Of a stretch of 63,842 nucleotides of DNA, positions 41,000-55,163 are shown piece by piece. Position numbers and translations under genes: made by a program. How positions within the stretch are numbered: position 1 is the first letter of the stretch; the number at the start of each line of letters is the position of its first letter. The notes beneath the pieces were generated by a model. That model saw only the letters and a program-made list of their open reading frames with translations, searched no databases and was not told the DNA's origin. This stretch comes from Welwitschia mirabilis. Taxonomy: Eukaryota. The stretch spans positions 23,853,641 through 23,917,482 of the forward strand of contig JBOZIK010000001.1 of NCBI GenBank assembly GCA_051453625.1. The letters are read 5' to 3'.

Positions 41000-42300
41000 T
41001 GCTTACATGCAAAAATTAACATTTGTATAACATGTTTTAGGTTAATTTATTATAAATGAAGAAATTAATCTATTTGTTTTAATCATAAAATATGTATTCT
41101 ATTATTTTTTAAAAATGGAACTTAATTTTATTCTTTTATTCATTATAACTATAGATCTTTAGGCATATTTTGAAACACATGGTAAAAGATGGATACAATT
41201 CCACATAAAATAATAGTAGTAATGGAGACATGAGGTGATGACACATAGCAAGAGCATTAAAAGACATGTAGTAAAGTCATGTAAAGGTAGCAATAGATAC
41301 ATGTGTTAATGGCCCTAGTTAGCAGAGGAATCTAGCTTTAAATGCCATAGGGTTGAACTTATCATGATGAAATTTTCACCTAATGCTACATGATAACTAC
41401 CATCAAATGCTAAATGGTAGAAATTCTATGTAATGCTATAGGATAGAATTGTATCCATCTAATGCTACATGACAAACTTTACCAAATGATACAAGATAAA
41501 ATCTTATCTACCTACTACTAAATGATGAATATTCTATCTAATGTTATAAGCTAGAGTCCAACAACCTGATATATAACTACAAGCCATATCAACCTTACCC
41601 TTACCTTTAAAAGGGACTTATTCCTTTATTTGTAAACATTATTCATTTTGATAAGTCCTTGGAGCATTAAGTCTAAATGTCCTTCTAAGTAATTTTCTTA
41701 GAAGCGAGTTTGTTTTCAAGATAGCTTAAACAATCTTTACTAACTTCCTTCTTCCATTGATGTAATGTGTTTTTTGATTTAATACAAGTAGTTGTTCGCT
41801 TTTGACTTTAAGTTGCAAATAACTTTATACTTATCATAATTAAGCAATAATTATATTATAAAGTTATATTATTATTTGAGTAAATTCCATATTTATTTGA
41901 TTTAAGTATCTTTTATTTGATGGATTTTGAGTGATTTGAGTCCTTATTTTTTATTCTTATTCAAGGGCTATGGAGGATCAAGTGACTATTAAGTTTACCA
42001 ATTCTCATATGGCAAATGAAATTATGTTACCATAATCTAATCCATTACTTCTTAATAGTTTAAGTATGTTTTAAAAATTCATAGGATATCTTTGGATTGA
42101 AGGATTGCTAGATGATAAAATAAGTTAAACCTTGAAGCTTGTTCATCTTCCTACCTCTCCAAATGAAGTTTTAACAACATTTTTAAACTCTTTATTTTTT
42201 CTTTTCTTTGACTATAATTATAAGATAATAAAAATTCTATTTAATTTCTACTAAGATATTATAATTATCCTCATGAAATAATGACACTAAATATCCTCCT
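41000..42300 (+). mobile_element. Family X LTR, plus-strand copy, with degenerate ~25-30-bp aatgcta repeats at 41340-41560
   Basis: Purine tract taggaggta, then TGCTTACATGCAAAAATTAAC; reverse complement of window 1-1368. The 3' end is approximate. Confidence 0.6.
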
Positions 42301-42689
42301 AGTTTATTTTAGTTTGGCTTTACTATATTATGAATAATCATATTTAATAAAATGTTTTTGATTCCTAACATAGATGAAATTATACATAACTAATGTTCAA
42401 ACTTTATAATCCACTAAAATTAAATTAACATAATGAAATTAAAATTTATTAAAACATTAAAAAATGTAATGATTGAGAATGAAAAAAAATAAAAAATTAT
42501 ATTGAAATGTCTAAATTATGAATATTTTAAGGTCAAACATAGGAATCTAGCATGGTTACTATATTATCATAATGTCATAGAATATAAATGGAACGTAATT
42601 TTTATAGATTTTATCTTAAGGCTTCTAAAAGTTCCAAAAGATAATGACTTAATCATGGCTATAATTAGAGGAAAAAACTAAGTTGGTAT

Positions 42690-44131
42690 TATTGAATTAT
42701 TATTTGTTAATTGATGTTAAACTAATGTTTTCTATATAGAAAAAATTGTTATATTTTATGCAAAAATATTGATCAATGTAGGTCAAAATCTAAAATAATT
42801 CATGTCACATTTTGATCCTTAAACTTATCAAGTTTTTGATACCTTCCTAAGTGGTCAACTAAACTTCTAAGGAGTTAACTGCACCTAAAGCTTATACAGA
42901 AGTGAACTGAATTCAGAGGGGTCAACTAGATAATTTGGGGGTCAACCAGACCTATGAACTTGAGCATCAATACTTCTTAACTAATCATCAAGAAGTGACC
43001 AGATACTTAAGAGGTTGATCAAACTAGAGCACTGTGCATCTAGTACTTCTTAACCAACTATTAAGGGGTCAATTGGACATCTGAGGGGTTGACCAAACTT
43101 GAGCATTATGAATCTGATACTTCCTAACCAATCATCTAAGAATCGACCAAACATGTAAGGATCGACGGAACCTATGTAAATTAAGCATTTAATACTTCAT
43201 AGCCAATTAGTAAGGGGTCGACCACATTCCTAAAGGATCAACCGGACCTAAAGCAGAAAACTGTGTGGGATTGTTTTTGGACTAAGCGAGTGACCAGATA
43301 TATATGTGAGTGACTAGATATGTAGTTGACCAGACTATAAGGAGTCGACCAGACATGGAGCCATAAGAAACTATGATCCATTAAAAGAGCTCAAGGATGA
43401 CCAATTTAAATGATGATACTAGATTAAGTTAATCAAAATTTTAAGGGATTAACCAGTCATTATAGAAAAGCAAACTTTATAGCTATTATGTATTTGTTTT
43501 ATGTCCATTGGAAGATATTTTCACTTATTAAAACCCTAAAAGTATTCCATTATATATTACTAAGATCACTGTATCAAACTTTTGAATCTTTTGGACCTAT
43601 TCGTTATACTCATTGACATTTCATTCTTGAATAAGGATGAATTAAGAACTATTGATATCTTTACATATGTGATCAGATCAATAGCAATCTTTATTTTTAG
43701 ATTATACCATCTTTTGAAGAAGTGATTTAATATTATTCTTAAGCCAAAGATCAAGTGATACTTATGCATTTGGGCATACCGTTATCATTGCTATTCTTTC
43801 TTACAAAAGGTTGAGATGGAGTCTTAAAAAAAAATCTATTTGTAAAGGTTACAAATAAACCTGGAATACCTAAAAGAGATAATGGAGATTTGGATTAGGC
43901 TTGAATAGAAGCTAATCATCGAGAGTGAATTAGATGATTTTCCTGAACCACTATAAATATTGTTTTCTTTTAATTGATATTTTTATGCTTTCTATATTTT
44001 AGTTTTTTAGATTAATTTTATTTTTCCTATACAATTTTTTAGTGATTCATTTAAGTAAAGATAATATTATGTAGTTATTTTTAATAAATTTTTTAGAAAC
44101 CTATTCATCCTGAAGGGTTCTCGACCCTATA
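42690..44131 (+). repeat. 5' LTR of the Sirevirus-like element
   Basis: Collinear with 53571-55133 (e.g. ttcttaagccaaagatcaagtgatac); followed by PBS TGGTATTAGAGC at 44134-44145. Confidence 0.9.
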
Positions 44132-44197
44132 TTTGGTATTAGAGCTCCATTAAGTTCATGTTAAGATCTTAATAGGTCTAAACTCTAGAACCTAAAA

Positions 44198-46171
44198 ATG
44201 AGTAACCCATCTGATAGGTTTTCCACAAGTTGTCCACCTATGTTTAATGGGTTAAACTATGCATTTTGGAAAGTCCAAATGAGAATCTTCCTTAATCCTT
44301 AGATGTTGACATTGAAGAGGTTATTTGTAATGGATATACTATGCCTACTAACAAAGATGAATGTCCATGGTAATTCCATTTTAGTACTAAAAATCTAAAA
44401 CCAATGAACTCCCACTGCTAGATCTAGAGTTATCATATATTACCATGCTCTTAATGCTATATTTTATGCAGTTTGTGTAGATGAAGTTAAATGGCTTATA
44501 AATTATATGCAAAGGAGGCATGATATATTCTTAAAGTTATTCATGAAGGGACATCCACTGTTAAATAGGCTAAGCTTCAAATGATTATTTCTAAATTTGA
44601 AAACATTCATATGGATGAGGAGAAAACTTTATAGGAATTCTTTGCCTGACTTACCAACATCATAAATTCCATGGTAAGTCTAGGTAAAAGATTGACTGAG
44701 GTAAAAGTGATCTGAAAAGTACTGAGATCCCTTCCACAGAGGTTTAAATCAAAAGTCATAATAATAGAATAAATTAAAAATATCAACATAATGGATCTAG
44801 AATAATTACAATATAATTTGCAAATATATAAATTAAAATCTTTTGAAGATAAGAAGAAAGGTATTGCTTTGAAGTATGTGTAAGAAGAGTATAGGTTAGA
44901 GAAATCTGATGAAGACCTAGATAATGATAAAATTATTCTCTTAGCAAGAAGATTTAAGAAATTTTTGCACAGAATAAATAAGAAAGGTGAGCCAAGTAGA
45001 GAAATAAGATAGAAACACTCAAAGTTTATAAATCATCAAGACAAAGGAAAAGAGATTAAATGATATGCATGTAAAGGCTTTGGCCACATAGCAAATAAGT
45101 GCTTGAACAACAAGAGAGAATAGAGAAAGTCAAAGACATTTTTATTCATGACTACATGTTATAATGTAGATGAGATTCATGATAGTAGTTTAGGCCAAGA
45201 TGCAGATGGAGATCGAAGGTTCTCATTCATGGCAATTATGCCTCAATTATAGAATTTTCCTAGTACATTTAAATCAGATGATTTGGATGTCATTGAAGAA
45301 GATCAAAATGAGATCAAAGACACCTATTAGGAACTATACTTGGAATGTTAAAAGTTGTTAAAGTGCATAAATGATCTAAACAATACTATAAAATCTCCCA
45401 CTAAAGAAAAGAAGGAAATGGAATCGAAGTATAAAATGATAAAATTTGAAAATTCTAGTCTTGTACTATAGGTAAAGAACTTATCACAGTTTGTTAATAA
45501 ATTTTCTAATGGTTTAACTAAATTGGAATAGATTCTTAAAATTCAGAAATAGGTCATGATACATCAAGTATTAGCTTCATCCCCCAAAGATTACAAAGTC
45601 AGCAAAATTAAGTAACTTAGCAAAATAAATTTATTTCTAAAGTCAGTTATCCTTTTTATGATAAGTCAGATCATTCAAAGCTTTTTGGTAATGCTAGAAA
45701 CGTAATGCTATTTTGAAATTTAGTTAGTACTTTTTCATTAAAAATTTGTTCCACTAGGAGGTGTATCACATTAGTATAAAATGACTAAGTGGCTAAAGAT
45801 AATGATTTAAAAAGTCCTTTGATTTAGGTAGCTTTCAAGGTTTAAAATGACACTAGCTGATATTTGGATAATGGCTGCTCTTGATATATGATGGGAGATA
45901 AGTCTAGATTAAAATAGTTGAGTGATTTTAATGGAGAATAAGTTACATTTAGTAATAATAAAAGAGCCAAAATTGAAGGAATCGAAAGCATTAGTGGAGG
46001 TAACATATCTAGAATAAATTAAGTGTTGTATGTCAATGGTTTAAAGAATAATTTACTTAATATTAGTTAAATTTATGATAAAGGTTGTAAGGTCATTTTC
46101 TATAGTCTAAATGTGAAGTTAGGCATGACAAAATAAATGATATTATTCTCAAAGAAAATAGAATAGGTATC
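44198..46171 (+). pseudogene. Copia gag-protease, first copy (degenerate; cut by an assembly gap)
   Basis: CPPMFNGLNYAFWKVQMRIF; zinc knuckle *YACKGFGHIANKC at ~45061; *YLDNGCS*YMMGD at ~45858. Confidence 0.88.
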
Positions 46172-46271
46172 NNNNNNNNNNNNNNNNNNNNNNNNNNNNN
46201 NNNNNNNNNNNNNNNNNNNNNNNNNNNNNNNNNNNNNNNNNNNNNNNNNNNNNNNNNNNNNNNNNNNNNNN

Positions 46272-46452
46272 GATTGGTATTTTTATGCTTTCTGTCATTT
46301 CATTTTTTAGAATCATTTTAGTTTTATTGCACTAAGTTTATACTGATCCATTTCAAGTAAAGTGTTTTTATTATAAAGTTATTCACTCATGTTTTTTAGA
46401 ATCCTATTCATCCTTCCTCTAGAGTTCTTGATTTTACATTTGATATCAGAGC
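46272..46452 (+). repeat. 3' end of an internal (third) LTR plus PBS TGATATCAGAGC
   Basis: Matches the LTR ends at ~43970-44131 and ~54968-55133; ends TACA at 46438; PBS at 46441-46452. Confidence 0.85.
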
Positions 46453-46504
46453 TTTGTTGAGTCTGTGTTAAGATCCTAACAGATCTAAATTTTACAATTC
46501 AAAA

Positions 46505-49500
46505 ATGAGTAATCCTTTTGATGGTTTTTTCATTGGTCATTCACTTATGTTTGATGGATCAAACTTTGCATATTGGAAACCCTAAATGAGAACCTTCCTT
46601 AGATCTCTAGATGTGGATATTGAAGAGACCATTTACAATGGATATACTATGCCTACTCTAACAAAAATAAATGCCCATGATAATATTATTATAGTTTTAA
46701 AAACCTAAGACCAATGGAATCCCACCAATATATCCAGAGCTATCATAGATGCCCATGCTCTTAATATTGTATTTTGTGTAGGTTGTGCATATGAATTTAA
46801 ATGGATTGTAAACTGTGAACATGCAAAGGAGGCAGGGGATATTCTTGAAGTTTCACATGAAGGAACATTCACTATTAAGTAGACTAAGTTCCAAATGCTT
46901 ATTTCCAAATTTAAAGATATTCATATGGATGAAGAGGAGACTTTACAGGAATTCTTTGTCAGACTTACCAACATCGTAAATTTCATGGCAATTCTGGGTA
47001 AAAGATTGAATGAGGAAAAAGTAATCTAAAAAATGCTAAGATCCCTTTCAAAGAGATTTGAATTAAAAGACACAATAATTGAAGAAGGCAAGGATATCAC
47101 TCGGATGTCTCTAAAAGAATTAAAAGATAATTTGCAAACATATAAATTAAAATTTTCTAAAGATAAAAAGAAAGATATTGCTTTGAAGCATGTGTAAGAA
47201 GAGTATAGGTTGGAAAAATCAGATGAAGATCTAGATGATAATGAATTTGCTCTCCTAGCAAGAAAATTTAAGAAATTTTTCGACAAAAGAAAGAAACAAG
47301 ATGAGTCAAGTAGAGGTACAAGAAGAGGACACTCAGAGTTTAGGAAATAATAAGATAAAAAAAAGAGATTCAATGCTATGCATGTAAAGGCTTTAGACAC
47401 ATGGCAAATAAGTGCCCAAACAACAAGAGAAAACAAAGAAAGCTACAGACATATTTATTTGTATCTACGTGGAACAATGTAGATGAGGATGATAATAGTA
47501 GTTCAAGCCAAGATTCAATGGAGATAGAAGACTCTCTTTCATGGTAATTGTTCCTCCATTATAGAACTTGCCTAGCACATCTAAACTAGATGATTTAAAT
47601 GTTATTAAAGAAGACTAAAATGAACTCAAAGATACTTATCAGAAACTATGCATGGAATGTGAGAAGTTGGTAGAGTGCATAAATAATCTAAATAAGATTA
47701 CAAAATCTCTCAAGAAAGAAAAAGAGAAAATAAAATTGAAGTATAAAATAGTTAAATTAGAAAATTCCAAACTTATACTATAGGTAAATATCTTGTCGCA
47801 CTTTATTAATAAATTTTCTAGTGGTTCAACTAAATTGAAATAGATACTAAAAATTCAGAAACTAGCTTTTGACAAGTCATGTATTAGCTTCATCCCTCAA
47901 AGACTATAGAGTTAGCAAAATTAGGTAACTTGGCAAAATAAGTTTAGTTCTAAAGTTACTTATCATTTCTATAGTAAGTTAGATCTTTAAAAGCTATTTT
48001 GTAATGCTAGAAAATTAATGCTATTTTCAAAGTGACTAAAGGATTTACCACTACTAAATTGGTGAATGAGATTATATCACTACTATAAAATCTATAATAA
48101 CCTAACAATCTTAGAAAATTAATGCTGTTTTCAAATTTAGTTATACTTTTCCATTTAAATTTATTCCAAGAGGAGGTGTATTAAATTAGTCTAAAAGGAA
48201 TACGTGGGTGAAATATAATGATTTAAAAAGTCTTTTGATTAAGGTAGCTTTTAAGATTTTAAATAGCACTAGCTAGTATTTGGACAGTGACTACTCTCGA
48301 CAGATGATGGTGAATAAGTTTAGATTTAAATAGTTGAGCAACTTTAATGGAGGAGAAGTTATCTTTGATGATNNNNNNNNNNNNNNNNNNNNNNNNNNNN
48401 NNNNNNNNNNNNNNNNNNNNNNNNNNNNNATAAATGAAGTTTTGTATGTTAATGATTTAAAGTATCAATTACTCAATATTAACCAAATTTATAACAAAGG
48501 TCACAAGATTATTTTTAATAGTTCTAAATGTGAAGTTGGACATGGCAAAATAAATGATATTATTCTCAAAGCAAACAGAATAGATAATGTTTATAGCATA
48601 GATCAATCATTTTCTGCTTGTTATTTTTTCCATGTTAATTAAGAAGAGCTTTGACATAAATGATTAGATCATGTTAATTATGATCAATTCAAAATGATAT
48701 TAGAGAAGAAATTATCAAAAGTATTCCAAAAAAAAAGGTTGAAAAACATGGTCTTTGTGATGCATGCTAAAAGGAAAAATAAATAAGAACTCCACACAAG
48801 AGTAAAAACCAAGTTTACATAACTATGCCTTTAGAACTTATTTATATGGACTTCTTAGAACCAGCTAAAACTAAAATTTTAGGAGGTAAATGCTATTTTT
48901 TGTTCATGATTAATGATTTCTTAAGATACACATGGGTTGCATTTCTTTGAAACAAATTTGAAACTTACAAACATTGGGTTAAGATATGCAATAAAATTCA
49001 AAATGAAAAAGGTTATACCATAAAGAAAATAAGAACTAATCATGGTGGTGAATTCAAAAATCATTTATTTGAGAAGTATTGCNNNNNNNNNNNNNNNNNN
49101 NNNNNNNNNNNNNNNNNNNNNNNNNNNNNNNNNNNNNNNNNNNNNNNNNNNNNNNNNNNNNNNNNNNNNNNNNNNNNNNNNNNNNNNNNNNNNNNNNNNN
49201 NNNNNNNNNNNNNNNNNNNNNNNNNNNNNNNNNNNNNNNNNNNNNNNNNNNNNNNNNNNNNNNNNNNNNNNNNNNNNNNNNNNNNNNNNNNNNNNNNNNN
49301 NNNNNNNNNNNNNNNNNNNNNNNNNNNNNNNNNNNNNNNNNNNNNNNNNNNNNNNNNNNNNNNNNNNNNNNNNNNNNNNNNNNNNNNNNNNNNNNNNNNN
49401 NNNNNNNNNNNNNNNNNNNNNNNNNNNNNNNNNNNNNNNNNNNNNNNNNNNNNNNNNNNNNNNNNNNNNNNNNNNNNNNNNNNNNNNNNNNNNNNNNNNN

Positions 49501-51674
49501 NNNNNNNNNNNNNNNNNNNNNNNNNNNNNNNNNNNNNNNNNNNNNNNNNNNNNNNNNNNNNNNNNNNNNNNNNNNNNNNNNNNNNNNNNNNNNNNNNNNN
49601 NNNNNNNNNNNNNNNNNNNNNNNNTATGTTAAATAATAAGGATATTCTAAAATAGTTTTAAACTAAAGCTGTTAGTACTGCATGTTATATCATAAATAGA
49701 GTTTATTTTAGACTTGGTATGGATAAAAATCCTTATCATTTGTGGAAGAAAAGATAACCAAACATTTCTTATTTTAAAGTCTTTGAAAGTAAATTTTATG
49801 TTTAAAAGATAGAAAACATCTAACTAGATTTAAATCTAAGACTAATAAAGCTATATTTTAAGGATATTTAACTAGAAGTAGAGCTTATCATGTTTTCAAT
49901 AAGAAAAGTTTAACTATAAAAGAATTAATAAATGTGCAAATTGATGATGTTGACATAAGGCCTATTTATTCAAATGATGAGAAAGACATATCTCTAAGCC
50001 TCTCCCTAACTAAAGAAATGTCTACTGAAAAAGAAGTCGTTCCTATAAAAGAAGTCACAACTAAAAAGTTTAAAGAGTTAAAAGGACACCCTTTAGAGTC
50101 TATTATTAGCAAAGTTAGCTCAAAGATAAACACAAGAAACTCTGTGAAGAATTTTTGTCTCCACATTTGTTATGTTTCACAAATAGGACCTAAAAATTTT
50201 AAAGAAGTTGAATCCCATGAAGAATGAATGATGACCATGTAAGATGAAATATAATAATTTAAAATAAACAATGTTTGGAAGCTTGTAGAAAGGCCAAAAG
50301 ATAAAAATATCATTGGGATTAACTGGATANNNNNNNNNNGAAAACAATGTCATTAAAAACAAAGCAAGATTATTAGCACAAGGATACAACCAAATCAAAG
50401 GTATTAATGTAGGTAAGATGTTTACTCCCATTGCAAGGCTTGATATCATTAGAATCTTCAGGAATATCAAAGTGTATAGAATGGATGTAAAGAGTGCATT
50501 TTTAAATGGAACCCTAAATGACGAAATGTATGTAGAATAATCACAAGGGTTTATAGATCCTCATAAATCTAATTAGGTGTATAGACTTAACAAGGAATTG
50601 TATGGGTTGAAGCAAGTTTCAAGAGTTTGGTATGAAAATTTAGTTACATTTCTAAATAAAAATGGTTGTATTCATGGAATAGTAGATAAAAGTTTATTTT
50701 TAAAAAACTTGAAAAAATATTTTATCATTATAAAAATTTATGTGGATGATATCATATTTGATGCCTCTAATGAGGTTTATCAATAAAATTTGTAAATATT
50801 ATGTCAATACATTTTGAGATGAGTATGCTTGGTGAAGTGAAAATGTTTCTTAGATTACAGATTAAGCAAATAATGAATGGAATTTTTATCTTTTAATATA
50901 AATATATAAAAGATTTGATCAAACATTTTGAATTGAAGAATGCTAAAACAACTAATACTCCCATGTCAATTTCTTATAAAGTTAGCTTGAATGAAGATGG
51001 AAAATTAGTAGATTAGAAGCTCTATAGGAGTATGATTATATTTGACTACAAGTAGACCTGATATTATGTTTAGTGTTAGTTTGTATGCAAGGTACCAAAT
51101 CCAATCGAAAGAATCACACTTTCAAGAAATAAAAAGAATAATTAGATATATAAAAGGCATATATGATTATGATTTGTAGTACCCCACCGAGACATCTTGT
51201 GAGTTTTTAGGATTTAGTGATGCCAATTGGGCTAGATGTAAGGACAATAGAAAAAGCATAAGTGGAAATTATTTTTTTATTAAGACCATGCTTACTGGAA
51301 TAGGATAGTAAAAAGAAAAATTCAATCTTCCTTTCAATAGCAAATATCGAGTACATTGCATTAGGAAGTTGTTATGCTCATCTCCTTTGGATGAAGGATA
51401 TGCTAAAGGACTTTGGTGTAAGTTTTGAATAGGTTCCTATTTTCTATGATAACACTAGTATAATAAATATTTATAAAAACCCTATTTAACACTCTAGAAC
51501 TAAACACATTAAACTAAAAAATTATTTTTTAAGAGATTAAGTTGAAAAAGCAAACATTTCTATGAACTTTTAGTACAAATCGTCAACTTATTGATATGTT
51601 TATCAAACCTAACTTTTAATAATTTTCTTTATCTTCAAAATAAATTAGGGATTATCTCATCATCCTTTGGCTGA
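46505..51674 (+). pseudogene. Copia gag-pol, second copy (degenerate)
   Basis: gag with CYACKGFRHMANKC; integrase LELIYMDFL/RYTWV; RT KARLLAQGYNQ, MDVKSAFLNG, LYGLKQ, YVDDIIF; RNaseH FSDANWA and HSRTKHI remnants. Confidence 0.92.
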
Positions 51675-52006
51675 TTGTAGGGTGGTTAATAGGATCTATG
51701 ATTCAATCAACTAGAGATGGTTGGTCGACTAGCCTGAAAGCTTAGTTACCTGGATCCTAACAATACTGTGAATTTGCATCTTGATGGATTGACCAAAACT
51801 CAAAGTAGTTGACCAGACCTATAGGATTATAGTGTAGAAGACTTATCAATGGACTTAATTTCTTTATCAAATCAACTTAATCGATCCTCTTCTTAAAAGA
51901 AAGTGGAGCCCAAAACCATTTTATTGTATTTTATCCACCTATTTCCTTCAAATCTAGTGTTTCTCTTAGATTTTTCTTGTTTCTAAGCTCTTGCCAAGTG
52001 GTTGTA

Positions 52007-53068
52007 ATGGTTAAGAAACTCTCTAGGAGAAGGCCAAAGGAGTCTGCTAATAAAGATCCCTATTATTTCTACTAGGGCATGTCTGATGAAGCTTTAGACA
52101 ACTTCTAGAAGAAGTTTGACAAGAAGTCAATATGCTAGGAAAGGGCTATTACTACTTCAGCGCTAAGGGAGCTTAGAGATATGATCCAACTCTTGTAAGA
52201 TTTAGATCTATTCTATTTTCTTGATGTTTTAGTTCCTACTTACCCTTTTCTTATCGAGATGTTTCATTACAATGCTTCTTATAATCTTGACAGTGCAATC
52301 CTAGAAACCATAGTTTTGAGGAAGAAGATAAAAGTAACCATAAGATACATTGTAGCCTTTATTAATATTCCAAGAAAAGACTATGAGGAGTTTTAACCTC
52401 TTAATGACTCTATTAAAGAGAAAGTAGAGGTCACAAGGGAACTTTGTGGTAAGTCTTACAGTTGAAAGCATATTATTTCTACTTCTTTGCTTATCTAAAA
52501 ATACAGGTTTTTTCATTTTTTTTTTTTTTTTACCTATAATTTCTTTCCTTTGGCAGGTCATCATGATGAGGCCTCCAACTATAGGACCTATTTGATGCAC
52601 TTGGTAGGAGATAGGCACTCCATTAATGCCCCTACCATTATATTGAAGAATATGATCTCCTAGTTAGAGTATCACAGAACTAGGGCTCTGCCCTATTCTA
52701 TGCTAATTAAAAATATTTTCTATTATTATAGAGCCACATTTCACTCAAAATTTGAAATTATTAATCCTATGTTATCAATTAAACATGTGACATTGTCTTG
52801 CATGCATATCTTTACCAGATCCAAGAAATCCTTTAAATATCCTTCTTCCAAGTAAGCCTCACCAAAAGAGACTATTTCATACCTAAGACAGATTGACTAT
52901 CTTATCAAGCACATGAAAGAAGCCCTAATAACAACTGGATATGAGATTGCAGATACTTTAGAGGAAGCCAAAAGCTCAACATGCAAGGTAACCAAAGAAG
53001 AGGAAGAGAAAAAAGAAGAGGATTATGAAGAAGAATCATAAGAGGAGGAAGCAAAGGAATTTGACTGA
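52007..53068 (+). pseudogene. Env-like extra ORF of the Sirevirus-like element (degenerate)
   Basis: Read through stops: MVKKLSRRRPK...PTYPFLIEMFHYN...YNFFPLAGHHDE...ALPYSMLIKNIF...acidic tail. Position between pol and PPT and these motifs resemble Sirevirus env-like ORFs. Confidence 0.7.
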
Positions 53069-53570
53069 TTCTCTTATTTTGCTTATGTTATTATTTTATT
53101 TTTGTGTTTCTTCCCTCCTTTATTATTAATGTTAAAAAGGAAGAATTAGTTAGTTGTTTTTATTACTTTCAGTTGTATCTACTCTTGATGAGCACTTTTC
53201 ATTATACAAGTCATCTTTTAGTGATAGAAATGCACTTGGTTTTCATCTTAAAAAACTTTCAGTTTCAAATTTTTAGTGCACATCTATTTTCATTGTGTAC
53301 TAAAATTTCTAGCATATCTTATAATTATTAAATAATTCATAATTAAAATGTTGTCATTTATCACATATATTTTGGCATTTTCATGTTTACAAATTATATT
53401 TCAAATTGTTTTAATTTTGGCATAAATTTGAAACTTTTCAAAATGTCTTACTTGATATAAAATGTTTAATATTCTTGCAAAAGTTAATAGGTATTTTATG
53501 AGAAGGAGGTTTTTCAAATCTAATATCCTCAACTAAGAAAAAGTTTGCCATCAATGTTAAAGGAAGATAT

Positions 53571-55133
53571 TATTAAATTATTAATTAATAATTAATGTTA
53601 AACTAATGTTTTTTATGTAGCAAAGGCTATTATATCTTGTGAAGAAAATATTGATCACTTACAGGTTAGAAGCTAAGGTACTTCATATCACATTTTGACC
53701 TTGAAACCTATCAAGTTTTAATAATCTCTTGAGGGGTTAATCAAACTTCTAAGGAGTTAACCACATCTGAACCTTACATAGAAGTAAACTAAATTTAAAT
53801 GGGTCGACTAAAATTTGAGGGGTCAACCAGACCTATGAACCTTAGCAATAATACTTCTTAACCAATTGTTAAGTGGTCGATCAGATACCTAAGAGGTCGA
53901 CCGGACTAGAGTACTATGCATTTAGTACTTCTTAATCTATTATCAAAGGATTTATTAGACATTTAAGGGGTCATCTAGACCTGAGCACTATGCATCTGAT
54001 ACTTCCTAGCCGATCATTAAGAGATGAACTAGACACCTAAGGAGTTGACTGAACCTATGCAAACTAAGAATTTAATACTTCATAACTAATCAGTAAGGAG
54101 TCAACTAGATTCTAGAGGAATTAATTGGATCTAGAGTAGAAAACTATGTTTGAATTTTTTCTAGACTAAACGAACAACTAGATAGATATGTGGGCAACCA
54201 AATGAGTGGTTGACTAGACCCTAAGGAGTTAACTAGATATGGACGACTACAAGAACCTAAGGGTAACCAATTTATGTAATAATACTAGAGGAGATTAATC
54301 ATACTTCTGAGGGATCAATCAGCTATGATGAAAACATAAATTTTATAACCATTATGTATTAGTTTTATATCCATTGAAAGATATTTTCACTTGTAAATAT
54401 ACTAAAAGTCTTCCACTATATATTGTCATGATCACTGTACGAAATTTCTGAATCTTTTGGACATGTTTATTATACTCATGGGCATCTCATTTTTGATGAA
54501 AGACAAACTAATTATATTAGTATCTTTGAATACGTGGTTAGATCAGTAGCACTCTTTATTTTTAGATTGTACCATCTTCTAAAGGAGTGCTTCAATACTA
54601 TTCTTAAGCCAAAGATCAAGTGATACCTATGCATTTGAACATACCATCATCACTGCTATGATTTTTTGCAAAAGGTTGAGATTGAGCCTTTAAAAAAAGT
54701 TCATTTGTAAAGGTTATAAGGAACTTGCAATACCTAGAAGAGAATAATGGAGATTTGGATCAAACTTGATTAGAACCTTATCATTGAGAGTGGAGTAGGT
54801 GGTTCTCCTNNNNNNNNNNNNNNNNNNNNNNNNNNNNNNNNNNNNNNNNNNNNNNNNNNNNNNNNNNNNNNNNNNNNNNNNNNNNNNNNNNNNNNNNNNN
54901 NNNNNNNNNTATCGTTGAGAGTGAAGTAGGTGGTTCTCCTAAATCACTATAAATCTTGTGTGCTTTTGATTGGTACTTCTGTGCTTTCTATTATTTCATT
55001 TTTTATAAGAGTTTTAGTTTTATTTCACAAAGATTTTATTAATTCATTTGAAGTAAAGCATTTTTATTATAAAGTTATTTAATCATTTTTTTAGAATCCT
55101 ATTCACCTCTCCTCTAGTGTTCTCGATCCTATA
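53571..55133 (+). repeat. 3' LTR of the Sirevirus-like element
   Basis: Follows the PPT; homologous to the 5' LTR; followed by TSD GGTAT. Confidence 0.9.
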
Positions 55134-55163
55134 GGTATATTTCATCCTTGTAATATATATATA

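Larger units (their letters stand above)
42690..55133 (+). mobile_element. Sirevirus (SIRE/Maximus)-like Ty1/copia element(s) with TSD GGTAT
   Basis: GGTAT at 42685-42689 and 55134-55138; LTRs 42690-44131 and ~53571-55133; PBS at 44134; PPT aaaggaagata before 53571; gag-PR-INT-RT-RH order plus a downstream extra ORF; palindromic repeats in the LTRs. Confidence 0.9.

Noticed and set aside
52449..52556. Apparent GT-AG intron (gtaagt...polyT...ggcag) in the env-like ORF
   Set aside because: The segment translates as KYRF...YNFFPLAGH, matching the expected protein motif, so it is more likely coding sequence with an expanded T-run.
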